Numbered from the stretch's first letter, positions 37,977 through 51,960 are shown. The stretch: DNA of 64,000 bases from Octopus vulgaris (GCA_951406725.2 OX597815.1:45198001-45262000); one strand, 5' to 3'. Numbers and translations: made by a program. Notes: generated by a model from the letters alone, not told the origin.

Positions 37977-38163
37977 TGTATGTATGTATGTATGTATGTA
38001 TGTTTTATGACTACGAAGAGAATATATATAAAAATATATATTCAGTATTTGCAAAAATAATAAATGAAATAAAAGGAAAGGGAAAATTGTAGGTGTAGCC
38101 GATCTTTAATTCATAATCCAGGTTGGTACAGATCCAATATAAATTCTACAAATAGTTTCTCCT

Positions 38164-38332
38164 AGCCTTAGATATACAAGGGATTTGATAAACTAGTCTA
38201 TAAATTAAAACTGACCTCATTAAGACAAAAAAAATCAGTGACAAGCAGAGTCTTCTTGATAATTTTAGTAACTTCTATGCTGAAGTAGAGACAACATGTT
38301 CTTTGTCTATCTCCTTAACTTCATGGAGATTT
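38164..38332 (+). mobile_element. Third fragment of the Penelope-like pLTR
   Basis: Highly similar to 33484-33650 (aagggatttgataaactagtctataaattaaaactgacc...ctccttaacttc). Confidence 0.85.
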
Positions 38333-38632
38333 TTTGTTTCGGAGTTTAATTAGTTCCAAATACAAAAACGAAAAGCTCTTCTTGAAATAAAAATTAGATT
38401 CTTTGTCAGGAATTACATATTGGTATGAATAATTACGACCAACAAAAATATACAAAAACCTTTCATAGAGCTGACTGGAACGAACAAGGCAAAGAACATA
38501 TATAACACTCAGTTGCGAGATTACCACACAATAACCAGCGCTTGGGTATGAACAATTGGACACCCTACCAGCAGTATATTGGATAGAAATTATCCCTTAG
38601 TTGGTTAGTTTCCCAACCTCTAACTCACACAG

Positions 38633-38676
<44 letters not shown>

Positions 38677-39083
38677 GCACACATTTGACTAGTTGCGACA
38701 AAAAATATCAGAATCACCCTTCTTGACAACTCCTAGAGCAGCAAGCGTACGGTGCGCACCGATCCAAACCAAGATGGCAACTGAAATACCAGCTGCCTTC
38801 ACTACAGATTTTACTATGTAGGGTGTGTCGGAAAATGTAAGGGAGGTTTTCTACTGTATCGTGCCTGTATGTATGCACGTATGTATGTATGTATGTATGT
38901 ATGTATGTATGTATGTATGCATGCATGCATGTATGTATGTGTGTATGTATGTATGTATGTATGTATGTATGTATGTATGTATGTATGTATATTTATATGT
39001 ATACATATGTGTGCATGTATATATACATACACATTTATAAATATATATATTAAACACGTTTACACATTAGCATAAACATGAAA

Positions 39084-39125
<42 letters not shown>

Positions 39126-39819
39126 TTATGTGTGCGCGTGCGTGTATGTGAGTGTATGCAAAACTGCGAGTATATATTGTTGTGTATATAAATATACGTG
39201 CACTTCTTGAATATCAATTATATTATTTCATAAGTATTATAACAGAAATGGTTCTATATCAGAAGGAAAAGGATGGGAAGGGGGTTTAAGGTCTGTCCAG
39301 ACAGCCTGTCAGTGTCATTGTATGATATTTCACGGAAGCCATCTGTTAAACAACAGCAGCGAAAATATATACTACAACTAAGTGTTCAACAGTGAAGGGA
39401 ACAACGTCTTAGAATTCGGGATGAAACTCCACCTAAAGTATTTATTTCGTTTCTGTTGGCATTTCGCGCGGCCCCAGAACCACTGGGCTAGACGTACTTT
39501 TACTGTTGAGACCGGAGGAGAAACCCTTACCAAAGACCAACAGAAGCAAAACATGGGTATGGTTACTGTCTAATTTTATATGATGCCAATGTCGACAAGT
39601 AAATGCTGACTCTCTTGGATTCGTAACAGTTAGACCACGTCATGTTCCGAAGTAATGGTTTACAATTCAAATTGCAAAGCCCTTAAAATCCCAATATGCT
39701 ACTAGCATTATGTCATATCTGGGTCATAAGTACAGGAACGAAATTTACCTGGGGGTGCAAAACCAGGTTCCAAATGTTTTTACAAACAATTTTTTTCAAT
39801 CAAAGCAAACACAGGTATG

Positions 39820-40275
39820 GATTCAAATTTTGGTACAAGACCAGCAATTTCCGGGGAGGGGAAAGTCAACTACATCGACCCCAGTGTTCAACTGGTACTT
39901 ATTTTATCGATCCCGAAAGGAGGAAAGGCAAAGTCGATTTTGGCGGATTTTGAATTTGGAACGTAAAAATTGACGAAATGCCGCTAAGCATTTTGCCCGA
40001 CGTATTAACGATTCTGCTAGGTCGCCGCCTTAAAACAGGTGTAATAATGATAATTATTTCTATATTTGTACGCAAGGCGGTGAGTTGCCAGAATCATTAG
40101 TACACAGGGCAAAATGCTGCACGGCATTTCTTAATGTGCTGAGTTCAAATCCCACCGAGGTTGGGTTTGCATATTATCCTTTCGGGGTTGATAAAATAAG
40201 TATCGGTCAAGCATTGGAGTTGATACAATTACCCCGTCATCGGAGATATTTGGTTTTGTGCCAAAATTTGAAACT
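39820..40275. mobile_element. Two family A SINEs, head to head
   Basis: Minus copy at 39820-40032 and plus copy at 40075-40275. Confidence 0.75.
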
Positions 40276-40519
40276 ATTATTATATTTGTACATCAGTCAA
40301 ATCAGAAAAATCAAATAATGGAAAAAAGTAGTGTTTGAAATCAGTTCCCAAATGTTTATACGCTCGTTCGTTTTGGTATTGAAGTATTTCTGGAGGCTAT
40401 ATAAAGCGCTTTCATTGCCACTACACACCAAACTTTTAGTAGGTGGGCTAACCCCCCACCCCCACCCCCACCCCCACCCCGGTTCCCGATTTCGGTGATA
40501 GATACTTGGGATCAGCAGT

Positions 40520-40860
40520 TTCTAGCATGGTGGTGTGGCAAAAATAATACACAATGCCATTCGAGAATGCATTATCCTAGTTGAGTACATACATTACAAC
40601 ACAAGGACTATTGGTGAAACATTCATGAGGAATTCCGGAAGCAGCTTCGTGAGACCACTTCAGAGACGTTTCTGGAAAAAAAAAACAGAAACCGTAGCAG
40701 TGACTCGAAAAATTCCTTGCGATATCTGAAGAAGGAATTTTTATATTCCGAAATATTATTATTATATCTGACTATAGATAATTAAATTATAAGAGTTATT
40801 ATAGTCCATTGTTGTTATTATAGTGCATCGTTGTGCCATTCAAAACACATTATATTTTAT
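40520..40860 (+). mobile_element. Decayed RLE-LINE-like fragment followed by a 3' segment with a hammerhead-like motif
   Basis: Peptides VAKIIHNAIR and KDYW*NI. Segment 40721-40860 is homologous to 51561-51670. Confidence 0.5.
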
Positions 40861-41230
40861 TCCCATTAAAACTTCCTTCAAGCACAAACCTAACTGAACT
40901 AATATAAGTTAGTTGCTTAGGAGAGAAACGAAATATTTCTTACAGTTAGTGATCTCAGCTACATAGCAAAATTGAAAAGTTTTCCCTTTCAGAAAACTGC
41001 TTTGCAATGTACACTATGTCTCCCTATAGTATAAATTGAAATTTATACAGTTAACTATTGGTGCATTTATAGTACGTATTGGTGCATTTATAGTACGTAC
41101 TTTCCAAATACAATCAGTAAGCGGAATTTCAAATATATGCTAATCTATCTAAAGATCAGAATATAAATCTTCTACTGTTAATGTTATTCAATCAATAGAG
41201 TTAATTGTTTGATAGAAATGGAGTCCGTAA

Positions 41231-41408
41231 AGGCGGCGAGCTGGCAGAATCGTTAGCACGCCGACGAAATGATCAGCAGTATTTCGTCTGTCGCTACGTT
41301 CTGAGTTCAAATTCCGCACTGGGGTCGATATAATCGACTTAATCCGTTTGTCTGTCCTTGTTTGTCCCCTCTGTGTGTAGCTCCTTGTGGGCAGTAAAGA
41401 AATAAGAA
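41231..41408 (+). mobile_element. Family A SINE with central deletion
   Basis: Head joined directly to gcactggggtcgatataatcgac and the tail. Confidence 0.8.
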
Positions 41409-42063
41409 AATGTGGTACATAAATACTATCACACAAACAAGGGCATACTCATAATATGAAAAAATACTAGCAGAACTTTCAAATCGAAGCCTCTGTAAAA
41501 TGAAAGAACATAATGCATAATGATCTGTGACTGAGAAAAACAAAGTAAACACGATAGTAGAAATCAGTAATTCAGCAGACGTTAACACAATGTTAAAGAT
41601 AACGAAAAGTGAGAAAATATCCGTGTCAATCAAAAGTGAACGCCAGAGATACACACAAATCATAACTAGGTTTATAATTTTGTTAATAGGGACACTTGGT
41701 TATGTAAATAACTGCAACAGTATGAACCTCATAAGTTGGGTTTCACAAATGCAGAAAGGCCACGCCCGTGTAAGATTGAATTACAAGCTAGAATTGTGAA
41801 AATGCAAAAAATTTAGGAACTTATAGACATGGATAGGTATATAAACATACTTATGTGTAAACACATAGGCCCGCATATGCAATAAAATACATGCATACTT
41901 AAGTGTGCAAATGCATAGTCATCCATACATACACACATACATACAGACGTTTACCATATAAGTATATATGCGCATGTCTAGACATACAAATACATGCATA
42001 AAAATATGTACAAAACATACAAATCACCACATGCACTGACTCCAAATACTGCACACATACATT

Positions 42064-42420
42064 TGTTGGCATCCTTTCGTCTCAGGAGACAATGGAGTTG
42101 CGCATAAAATCAGTTTTGCGCAGGCCTGGGCTAGATGTAAGAAAATCCTGGGTAGCCAAATCGTCAGGATTACACTCTCGACCATGCTGATGTAGTCCAA
42201 AGGAGTGCAGAGCATTACATTTAGCATCAGCTTGGTTGCAGGAGCTGCTGGAAGAATGTCGAGTCGAACACTAAACCACCTACGGAGCTCCACTCCGGAT
42301 TTCTTTGAAGGTTTTCTCCTTTCCGTAATCCTGGGTAGGGGCCCATATCGGGTACTGTCAGCCGGAGCCAGCTGAGCCCGGGACTCGTGTCAGGCAGGGT
42401 CGTCACTCCCTGAAGTAGTG
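42064..42420 (-). mobile_element. RTE-derived non-autonomous fragment
   Basis: Minus-strand end ctccattgtctcctgagacgaaaggatgccaac resembles RTE 3' termini, preceded by RTE 5'UTR-like sequence. Recognised from memory and not aligned. Confidence 0.4.
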
Positions 42421-44773
42421 AAGAAAATCGCTACCCACTACCACTTACTTACATGGAAAAATACCCTGTTGATGTTGCTGAAATACCCATGAAGGAGCCT
42501 TGGATCTAGATTAGAAACCGGCTCTTTCTCTATTGGCAAGAAATCTTGAAATAAACTGAATAATGACATACATACAAGCATACATACATACCAGCACACA
42601 TTCAAACATACATACACGCATGCATGCATCCATGCATACATACTTGCATACACACACATACATGCATACATACACACACACATACACATACATACATACA
42701 TACATACATACATACATACATACATACATACATACATACATACTTACATACATACACACACACACTAATGTTATCTAAATTCCAGTGAAATTAGCTTTGT
42801 TTCAGTTGGAGACTCTTCTCCTAGCGAGAATTCTGAAAAAATAAAACCTGAAGAATACAAATGCATAAATATTATCGCACGTGTGTGTATGTATGTGTAC
42901 ATACATATACATACTTACATAGTCATACATACATAAATATTGCAAGCATACACAGTCATGAAATCAGTTTGTATACACTTCAGCGTAGTGACAGGCAGTT
43001 AAACGGTTCTCCTCTGCCACATTTGCTGGAAGTGAAGACCTAAAATTCCCATATGTTTAAACCGAAAAGGTAGGTACTTGAAACTTGTCTGACCCAACCC
43101 ATCTTATTATGACTGCTAAGACAGCCGTCGAACAGATGAAACACGCTGCTATACTTCAAATTATCACTGCATGTTTATACCTACATCTATTCTTCAGCAG
43201 TTTGCTTACGTTATCAGACAGTATCTTGAAAATATTTAGCCAGTTAAAGCAATGTAAAGCTGGTCTTTAACTTTGTTGCCCACAAGTTTTTCCTCAATAA
43301 TATTAACGCGTTTAAACATATAAGTCGTCATTGAACATCAAAAATTGAAATGACCCCTTTTGGCATACAAATCGGATTTTTCAGATCAAAATTTACAGCC
43401 ACAAAAAAGGCAGGTCGACTTATACGCTAAGATTACTTTGGAGGGAAAAACATTCCATGTGAAATGCAGAAGGGTTTGGAAAGATAATGACGTATTTGAA
43501 TGTTTACCCTATATATTTACAATATATTCTACGTCGACTTATATACCGGAAAATAAGGTATAACATTTCCTTAATTCAGAACGTAAAGAGCCGGAACAAA
43601 TATTTATATAACAAAACATTTTTCGACACTTCAACGATTCAGCTAGATCACTGCCTTTCTTCCTTTAGTAAAATTCCGGAGAGCTGGCGGAAAAATTGCC
43701 TTGCAGTATTACTTTTGATTTTTATGCATTCTGGGTTCAGACTCCACGAAATTCTGCTTTGTCTTTTATCGTCCATAAGTCGATAAATTGATGTACGAGT
43801 CAACAAGTGGATTCTAAAATTTCGACGAATCCCATAACTTCAAAACTCATGGTCTTGTGCCTAAATCAAAAACAAAACTATTATAGAAATTTAAAAAAAG
43901 CTAAAGGCTATGCCGGTGGGAATAAGTAAAAGCCATTGACTAAATATACTAATTTTATCTACACGTATGGGAGACTGCTCAGAACAGGTTTAGTTATTAT
44001 TAGACTTTCTACAAAACTGGTAAGTACAATAAAGTCTATGCTTCGCTGGGTTTGTCAAATAAGCTTGTTTATCGAAGTTATTTCCTCATACTTGTAGATG
44101 GAATCGAAATATTTATCAAAAGTGAATGTAATTTGTTTCTGATAGCACAATTTTAGCGTCTTTTGTTCTTTTTTGTAGCCCGCCGTAAACTTATCCAAGA
44201 GCTATACATTTCCCTGAGTATACCATTTACAAAATTTACATTTTTTCAATGTGTAAAGATTAAAAGTTAAGTAACAAGCATCGTAGAACAAAACTGTTTT
44301 GCAATTTCTATTTCTTGTTGGGCTAATTTAACTTCTTTCACATTGTTAATGCTGGTGAAAAGTTATGGTTGTCACAAAGACTTATTTGCAAATTTGTTTG
44401 ACCTTAAAATTGATAGCATTATTGAGCCTCTTCCAAATATAAAATGTCTAATCCAATGTCTGTATTTGCTATGTAAAATCTTTTTTTACTGTTTTCATTA
44501 TCAGCTTTCATTTTTCTCTTCATCTACCCATTATTAACATGATAAATTCTTTAACTGGTTTCTATTACTGAACTTCATCATGGTCAAACACAGACTTCAA
44601 GAGTTTTTACTCCATCATACCGAGACGCAGTATTCATTTCAGTCTGGTCTATATTTTATCATCATTTATTCATTTAATTCATCAAATCATTAATTTACAT
44701 ATTTGACGTAAAGGGAAAACATTTTAACGCCGGTGTACACCAGAAAACATCAACCAAGTCACACTTACACACA

Positions 44774-44896
<123 letters not shown>

Positions 44897-45859
44897 GTGT
44901 GTGTGTGTACGGGTTAGGCTTCGCACAATTTCCACGTACTAGATTCTACTCGCACCGCATTGGTTAAACCAAAGTTACAAACTAAGGCAATTTTCTTCGT
45001 AACTGCGCACTGGAAGCAAATCTGGGCACCGTGATTGCGAAGCAAATTTCTTAACATCACATGCCTAGGTTTGTGCATTTATGAAAAGGTGTGACTATAT
45101 TAACTCAATATTCTTTCCATTTGCAAAACGGATCATCCGTTTGTTAGTTCTTTTTTTTTTAACCCAGTGAATATTTGCAAATGGCAATTACAAGCGCCAT
45201 TAACCCCAACTTTTGATGTGTAAAACACGAATATCGATGCGTAGAGATAACAACGATAAATTAAGTATACTAGTAATCCTTTATTTCCTTCCGACTGCAA
45301 GAAGTGTAGGTCTTTACTGGTGTAGTGATACTATAATGCAAAGAAATTAAACAATATATATTCTTCCATTGGTTGATGAAGTACAACATTGAAGTAGACA
45401 GTAGATGCTTCGAATTACAACGTTAATAAATGCAAAGTTCGCATGAATGTATTGTAAAAAAAACGTGTTTATGTTTATAAAGTCAGCTGTGTTATTCAAT
45501 GTTGTACAAATGATGTTATAAATATGTGGAAGACTTAACATTCTTTTTGAGTGTCACAGGTGGTGAGAGTGAATAATGTCAGCGAGGTAAAGAAAAATGA
45601 AAATAACACACAGAGAAAATGTTGGGTTTATTTTTTGGTATGCCAGTCCCCAGAGACCACTCAAGCAACGTGAAATAAATTGTCTTGCTCACGGACACAA
45701 TGCGTATCGAATTCACGATCGTAACCCGAATATTTCAATCACTAAGCCACACACCTTCTCGATCAGAAAATATGTAGTAAGTATGGAATGTTATTTCGTT
45801 TAACCTCAGGGCGGGGAGCTGGTAAAATCGTTAGAACACTTAGAAAACTTAGATAAAAC

Positions 45860-46500
45860 TTAGATATGTTTCGACCAGAGATTGGTCCAGGCCATGTCTA
45901 ACTTAATAGCACCACCTGATAGGATTATTCGAATCCTGTTTAAGTCAAGTTTTGTTCAAGTAGTGAGTTCTTGTTGGGTGAGTTGTATCCAGTTTTGTTT
46001 AAGTAGTGAGTTCTTGTTGGGTGAGTTGTATCCAATTATGGGTGGCTTGTCTGGTATTCTTTGAAGGAATCTATCCAGACTCTGTTTGAAGTTGATGGGA
46101 TCCTTTTCCTCTTTGATCTCCCTCGGGACAATGTTAAATAGGGCAGGGCCTGTTGAGGAAAATAAATTATGTTGCAGTGTACATGTATGTTGTGATCTTG
46201 AATTTGGCAGGGGACGTATAGCCCGTGGTCCAAGTCTCGGATGAACCTTGAAGCTAATGTTTAGGTCGTTTGGGCAAAGTTGGCGGTATATTTTCCACAT
46301 CGTACAAATGATGTACCGCTCACGGCGACGCTGGAGGGAGTAAAGTTTCAAGGCTTTAAGGCGATCCCAATAGTCGAGAGCAGCCATGCCTTCAATTTGT
46401 ATAGTAAGAGCCCTCTGGGGTGACTCAATTCTGGAGATGTTTTGTCTTGTGTGAGGAGACCACAGTGGGCAGCAGTATTCAAGGTGTGGCCGTACAAAGG
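45860..46500 (-). mobile_element. CR1-clade LINE 3' fragment inserted antisense in a family A SINE
   Basis: FVRPHLEYCCPLWSP...ESPQRALT...YWDRLKALKLYSLQRRRER. The SINE head at ~45810-45840 resumes at ~46504. A ~42-bp tandem duplication lies at 45948-46034. Confidence 0.85.
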
Positions 46501-47800
46501 ATGGAGCAAAATTCTTAGCGACGTTTCGTCCGTCTTTACATTCTGAGTTCAATTTCCACCAAAGTCATCTTCACCATTCAACCTTCCGGTGTCGATAAAA
46601 TAAGAACCAGTTGTAATCGACTTTCCCCTTTCCCGAAATTGCTGGTCCCATGCCAAAATTTGAAAACGTTATTTCATTTAACGTCAATAGAAACAAAGCT
46701 ACCAGCTAAAATTTTCATCATCTCAAAAAGGATTTTCAAACCTTAGTAATGAATCAGAATACAGATGATAAGTTCTAAACAGCTAAATATGAGAAATGGA
46801 AAATGATTTTTGGAACGAAATAGAATGAAAGTTTTATTTTGATGTCAATTCAATTTTAAACATATAACAATTTTCGGTCAGAAAAAGAATTAGCTTTTTA
46901 TTTTAGTGCAATATGCCATGCCTGTTTTATTTTTGGAAATATGAATGTCACAATATACCTGATACTTTTGCCATAGATTAAAATGTATGTTGCCATGAGA
47001 TAAACATTTAAAAGTGAAAGCGACAATCAAGCTGAAAGTGAAAGAGTGGTATGTTGTATTTACATATAAGAACAATAAGAATGTCTCATGTTTTTCTCTA
47101 AAAGCGTTTTTTCCCCATTGCTTTGATACTATCGTATCATATAGGTCAGTGTCTGTTCCTAACTGGCAGCGGGACAAACAATTCAGATGTGAAACTGCCC
47201 TCACACGATTCGCTCACAGGAAATCTTGGATGTCAAAATATATTCGCTGAAAGAGATAAAGCCATTCAAAGAAATTGACAAGAGATTGGCAGAACAAGTT
47301 ATCTAGATCCTGTATTATATCAGATATCTTCATCTTAGCGACATATCTATTTTCAGCTTTGTCTGGAGAGTGTCATCAGTTCTGAGAGTTCAAATTTATT
47401 AATTTAGGTATTAAGTGGATTTAACATTGTATCTCATGTATGAATACAGTTTCATCCGTCTAGTTTTCAAGTTCAAGTATCGCCGAGGCCAACCTTCGAG
47501 ATTCTATATTTTTGACAGTTCAGTGGTCGAATGACTGGTCGAGTGACAATACAAAAAGCATTATTGACATGCTTCTAAAACGAGAAATCATGCAGAATTT
47601 TTTTAAAAAGCAATTTTAGTTCTTCATAAAATGAAATTGTTTAATACTCCCAATCCTTATTTTAACTTTCAACAAAGAAATTTCAATCATGTTTCTATTA
47701 ATTTGAATATATCGATAAAATGAGGAATAAGGCCTCAATTTCGCGAATTTCTACTACCTAATGCAAATCTTACGAAGCTCTTAATATATAAGTCGCATTT

Positions 47801-48015
47801 AAGGCGGCAAGCTGACAGAATCGTTAGTATGCCGAGCAAAATGCTTAGCGGTATTTCGTCCGTCTTTACATTCTGGTTTCAAATTCCGTCGAGGCTGACG
47901 TTGCCTTTCTTCCATTCGGGGTCGACAAGATAAGTATCAGTTGAACACTGGGGTCGATGTAATTGACTTATTTTCTCCCCAAAATTTCTGGTCACGTGTC
48001 AAAAATTAGAAACCA
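47801..48015 (+). mobile_element. Family A SINE
   Basis: aaggcggcaagctgacagaatcgttag...gcctttcttccattcggggtcg. Confidence 0.8.
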
Positions 48016-48410
48016 ATATATAGGTCGCACTTGGCTTTATTTATTTTGGATGAACACTTGTTGCAACAACTATTTCTTGACGTCATTCATCGTTCACTAA
48101 ACTTTTTCTCTGTATAAGAAACAAGATTTGTGTTGCTTTTTGAGAAGTAACTTTTAAGTCGTACAATTTTTCATACTGAATCTAATGGAAAAATCTGAAA
48201 AAATATGAAAATCTTTAATTTTACTACGATATTTGTATACATGGCTAACATTATCTGCAGTTATATAAAGGTAGGTATTGTAAGATTTGTGAAACAAGAA
48301 CGAGCGAATAATAAACATAAAGAAGCATTGATAAGCATGTATACAAAAGCGTATAATGAAAAATGTAAACGGTTACATATTTTAACAAACACATATATGC
48401 ATACATATAC

Positions 48411-48455
<45 letters not shown>

Positions 48456-48595
48456 TATGTTTGTGTGTATGTGAATTTGTGTGTCTATACACATGTAAAC
48501 CCGAATACATCTATGAATAAATCCGAGTTGAAAAAATAAGAACTTCAGCATACTTATGATTCTAGAAGGGTGAAGACAATGTTTTCTCGTTGTGT

Positions 48596-48822
48596 AATAT
48601 GTGCTTCTCAACGTGCCTGCTTTTCCTGAATATCTCTGATCTTGTTTAAGAAGGCGTTTTCTTTTTGAGGGCCTTTCCTATTCTTTTTGCATCATCTGCA
48701 CATAGATCACACCTTTGATTTGGTAAAGTCTGGACCTTTCCAGGAGTTTCCATTTAATATTACATTCTGAAGGCTTCAATTATAATTTACCAGTGTATTC
48801 GCCCAGTTTTGTACTGTTCCTT
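48596..48822 (-). pseudogene. Second, diverged Penelope-like GIY-YIG C-terminal relic
   Basis: Frameshifted RNSTKLGEY...NIKWKLLERSRLYQ / RCDLC / FLNK / RHVEKH, the same motif order as 32776-33020. Confidence 0.55.
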
Positions 48823-48854
48823 GTGTGTGTGTATGTGTGTGTGTGTGTGTGTGG

Positions 48855-48923
<69 letters not shown>

Positions 48924-49812
48924 TGTGTGTGTGCGTGTGAAGTTATTGCTAAGGGATTATCAATCCAGGCAAAATACTTTATAAAGTCTATTTGCACACC
49001 AGGCTAACAATATCATTTAGATTAGTAAAGACATGTGTGTGTGCGCGCGCGTGTGTGTGTATATGTATGTATGTATGTATGTATACACGAGCATATGTTT
49101 ATGTGTGTGTGCGTATCTATTGGGGGTGGTTGCAGTAGAAAGTGTGTGGTAGAAAAATAGCTTTTCAATTCTCGTTTGAAATTTTCTTGTTTGCTTTTTT
49201 AAAAACAGTTATATGAACTTCAGAACGTTTTTCCTCGAATAGAATTTATATTTTCGATTTAACAGTAGTATAGTAAATTAAATGGGAACCATCTGTTAGA
49301 TCAACTACCTCCGAGCTCAAGATTTTATACCCGTTTGAAGTCATTTCACATCTCTTCTGAAGTCAATATTAGCGGCATGGTTTGCATGAACGGCGTGATT
49401 TTCTCTTTCCTCTGACCTGAATTTAAAGACCTTTGTGTCTAGTAAGAAGAAACGAACATTTTCAATTCAACTTCATTAATATAATCGTGTACAATTAATT
49501 GTAGTGATTGAAGAAGGAATTTTATAATCTTTTAGAATAATTTGTATAGATTGGAAACGGAATTAATCAGAAAACAAGAATAATGAATAATAAGATAATT
49601 AAACAAACAGCCTGTGGAGAATTTTAAGAAAATGGGTGAGATGGGAGTGAACATCGAGGCTTTTCTTTTTTTCTTTTCTTTTTTCAGTCAACAATATGAT
49701 CCGCTAAATACGTTTAAAATTCCTTTGATAAGTAGACAGCTTTATGTCATAAAACTTCAGCACAAAGAAAGAAATACTTTCCAGATGTGGTATACATTTC
49801 TTTATAAGAATA

Positions 49813-50195
49813 CTAGCAGTATCGCCCGGCGTTGCTCGGGTTTGTAAGGGAAATAACTATAAAGCATTTTTAGAGAGTTATAGCCAAAAAATAGCAAAGA
49901 AATGGGAAAAAAATGATGGTAAATTTTTTTGAGAGTTAAAAAGGTCGAGTTGTGTCCCCTAGACAGTCTGTGGTTTGTGTTTCTGATTCTCGACCCCATG
50001 TCGAATTTATCGATCTTTTTCAGAACTGGGGGAACCTTTCAAAATTTTCGCTGCGTTAGTTTTGAATTATGACATTGGGCTATGTGTGTGTCAAGTTTCA
50101 TCAGAATCGGTTGAAAGCTGTGGTCAGGGTGAGGGTACAACCTGACAGACACACAGACACACACACAGACAAACTGCCGTTTATATATAGAGAGA
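49813..50195 (-). mobile_element. Non-autonomous Helitron, second subfamily
   Basis: A|TCTCTCTATATATAAAC start, with the same hairpin and CTAG|T end as 18453. The 5' two-thirds differ. Confidence 0.85.
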
Positions 50196-50779
50196 TCTCA
50201 AATCGGAATTTTTGAAACTTTTCGGCTACAGTTATTTAATACTAAACATGGTGTAAACACCGCGGAACACTAACTATGCTGCTACAAAGCCGAGTGAAAG
50301 AGCCTGTTTTAATCATTAATGGAAAACAATTCAGTTCATTTACGCCATAAACACACCTGTGAAAGTTGTGAATGTCTCACCATTTCAATGTTATACCTCA
50401 GAATTATATATTGGTGGATTTAAGTCTACGTAAGGAATCAAATTGAAGTCAAACAGAAAGCATTGATCTAAACCACATGGTTGACATCATATGCCATCTT
50501 GTCAATTTTCCTGATTAAATATCCTCAACCACCATAGAAAAGATATAATGAAGGCATGAGTTGTTATTCCTCTTAAAATAGTTATTCCTGCCTCAGATAC
50601 TGTTCTGTCATCTCATGTCTTCCAATGGATAATTGCAACTTGGAAATTGAAAAACATTCAAGCATAGTTATTACCATGAATAACTAACTAAAACTCAAAA
50701 TTGCTAAAACTTTTATACTCTCAAATGATTTTTCACAGAGAATTATATATGTCTCTATCACTGGGACGGTATTGCAGAG

Positions 50780-50838
<59 letters not shown>

Positions 50839-51179
50839 TGGGACGGTATTGCAGTTACATTTACAAACATCTTAGATTGTAACCAAAAAGAGGTTGTCCA
50901 GCTGGTTGACAAGTTTTCACTCGGTCCCTACACACTACGGCTACTAATCTAAAACTCACTATTTATTCTCACTACTTCTGAATTATATATACAGCGCTAC
51001 TAAAATGACTTCTGATTCTGTGAACTAGTAAGCTGTCGAAGCCCAACTGGTGCGCGGAACGTTCGGCTGCTAACCATCTTTACTTTGTTTCACTACTACA
51101 AAATACCTTACACAATCCTTCTTACCCCGCTTGCTTCCCTCTCGAACTTTCCGATTCCCCATGTTTTATAAAGCTAACT

Positions 51180-51416
51180 GAACATAACTAAGTAAACAAA
51201 ACAGGTAAAAATCCTGGAGGCTACCCTTCCTCTCTCCATCTGAATAATGGAGGTCATGTGCTGTTTATCTTGATATGAGATCACCATGTCGCGCACAGAT
51301 GTTTGTGATGCATGTTCCTCGTGTACCCTTATCAGACGGGTAGTCATGATGGGTATACTGGGCTTCGTATATTTTACCCCAGTGTCACTTTGATGGCATG
51401 CATTGCTCTCTCACTC

Positions 51417-51417
<1 letters not shown>
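51180..51417 (+). mobile_element. 3' end of an (AAT)n-tailed retroelement
   Basis: Unique segment ending ctctctcactc directly into (AAT)n. Family not identified. Confidence 0.4.
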
Positions 51418-51485
<68 letters not shown>

Positions 51486-51560
51486 AATTATAGTAATAAT
51501 AATAATATTTGAAAAGCCGTTGGAAAACCGACTATAGCAGCGACTTCATCAATTTTTAGG

Positions 51561-51600
51561 GATATCTGAAGAAGGAATTTTTATTCCGAAATATCATATC
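51561..51600 (+). ncRNA. Minimal type I hammerhead-like motif
   Basis: gatat-CTGAAGA-a-ggaat-tttt-attcc-GAAA-t-ATC-atatc. Confidence 0.55.
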
Positions 51601-51674
51601 AGACTATGGATGATTAAATTATAACAGTTATTATAGTGCATTGTTGTGTCATTCAAAACATTTTATTCTTTAGA

Positions 51675-51739
<65 letters not shown>

Positions 51740-51743
<4 letters not shown>

Positions 51744-51960
51744 CGGGAACAGTATCAGAAGGCATCAAGAGGATTATAAATGAAATTGAAATAGAGTGCC
51801 CAGTAGAACTGTTACAAAAGGTTTGCCTCCTTGGCAGAGCCAGAATAATGAGGAAAACATTAGATAGCTGAAAAGAACGAATAGCATGGTACTGTAAGCT
51901 GCAGGTAGTAGGCCTGCTACGCATTCAAGATTCCAGGAGTTCCAACAAAAGCTGTAATAA
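51740..51960 (+). mobile_element. R4/Dong-like LINE extreme 3' end between (AAT)n tracts
   Basis: LGTVSEGIKRIINEIEIECPVELLQKVCLLGRARIMRKTLDS* is homologous to LGTVSKNLEK...LQKTALFGTARILQKVLEK* at 14385-14513. Confidence 0.8.

Noticed and set aside
40452-40480. (CCCCCA)n G-quadruplex-forming tract
   Set aside because: Short simple repeat with no supporting context.
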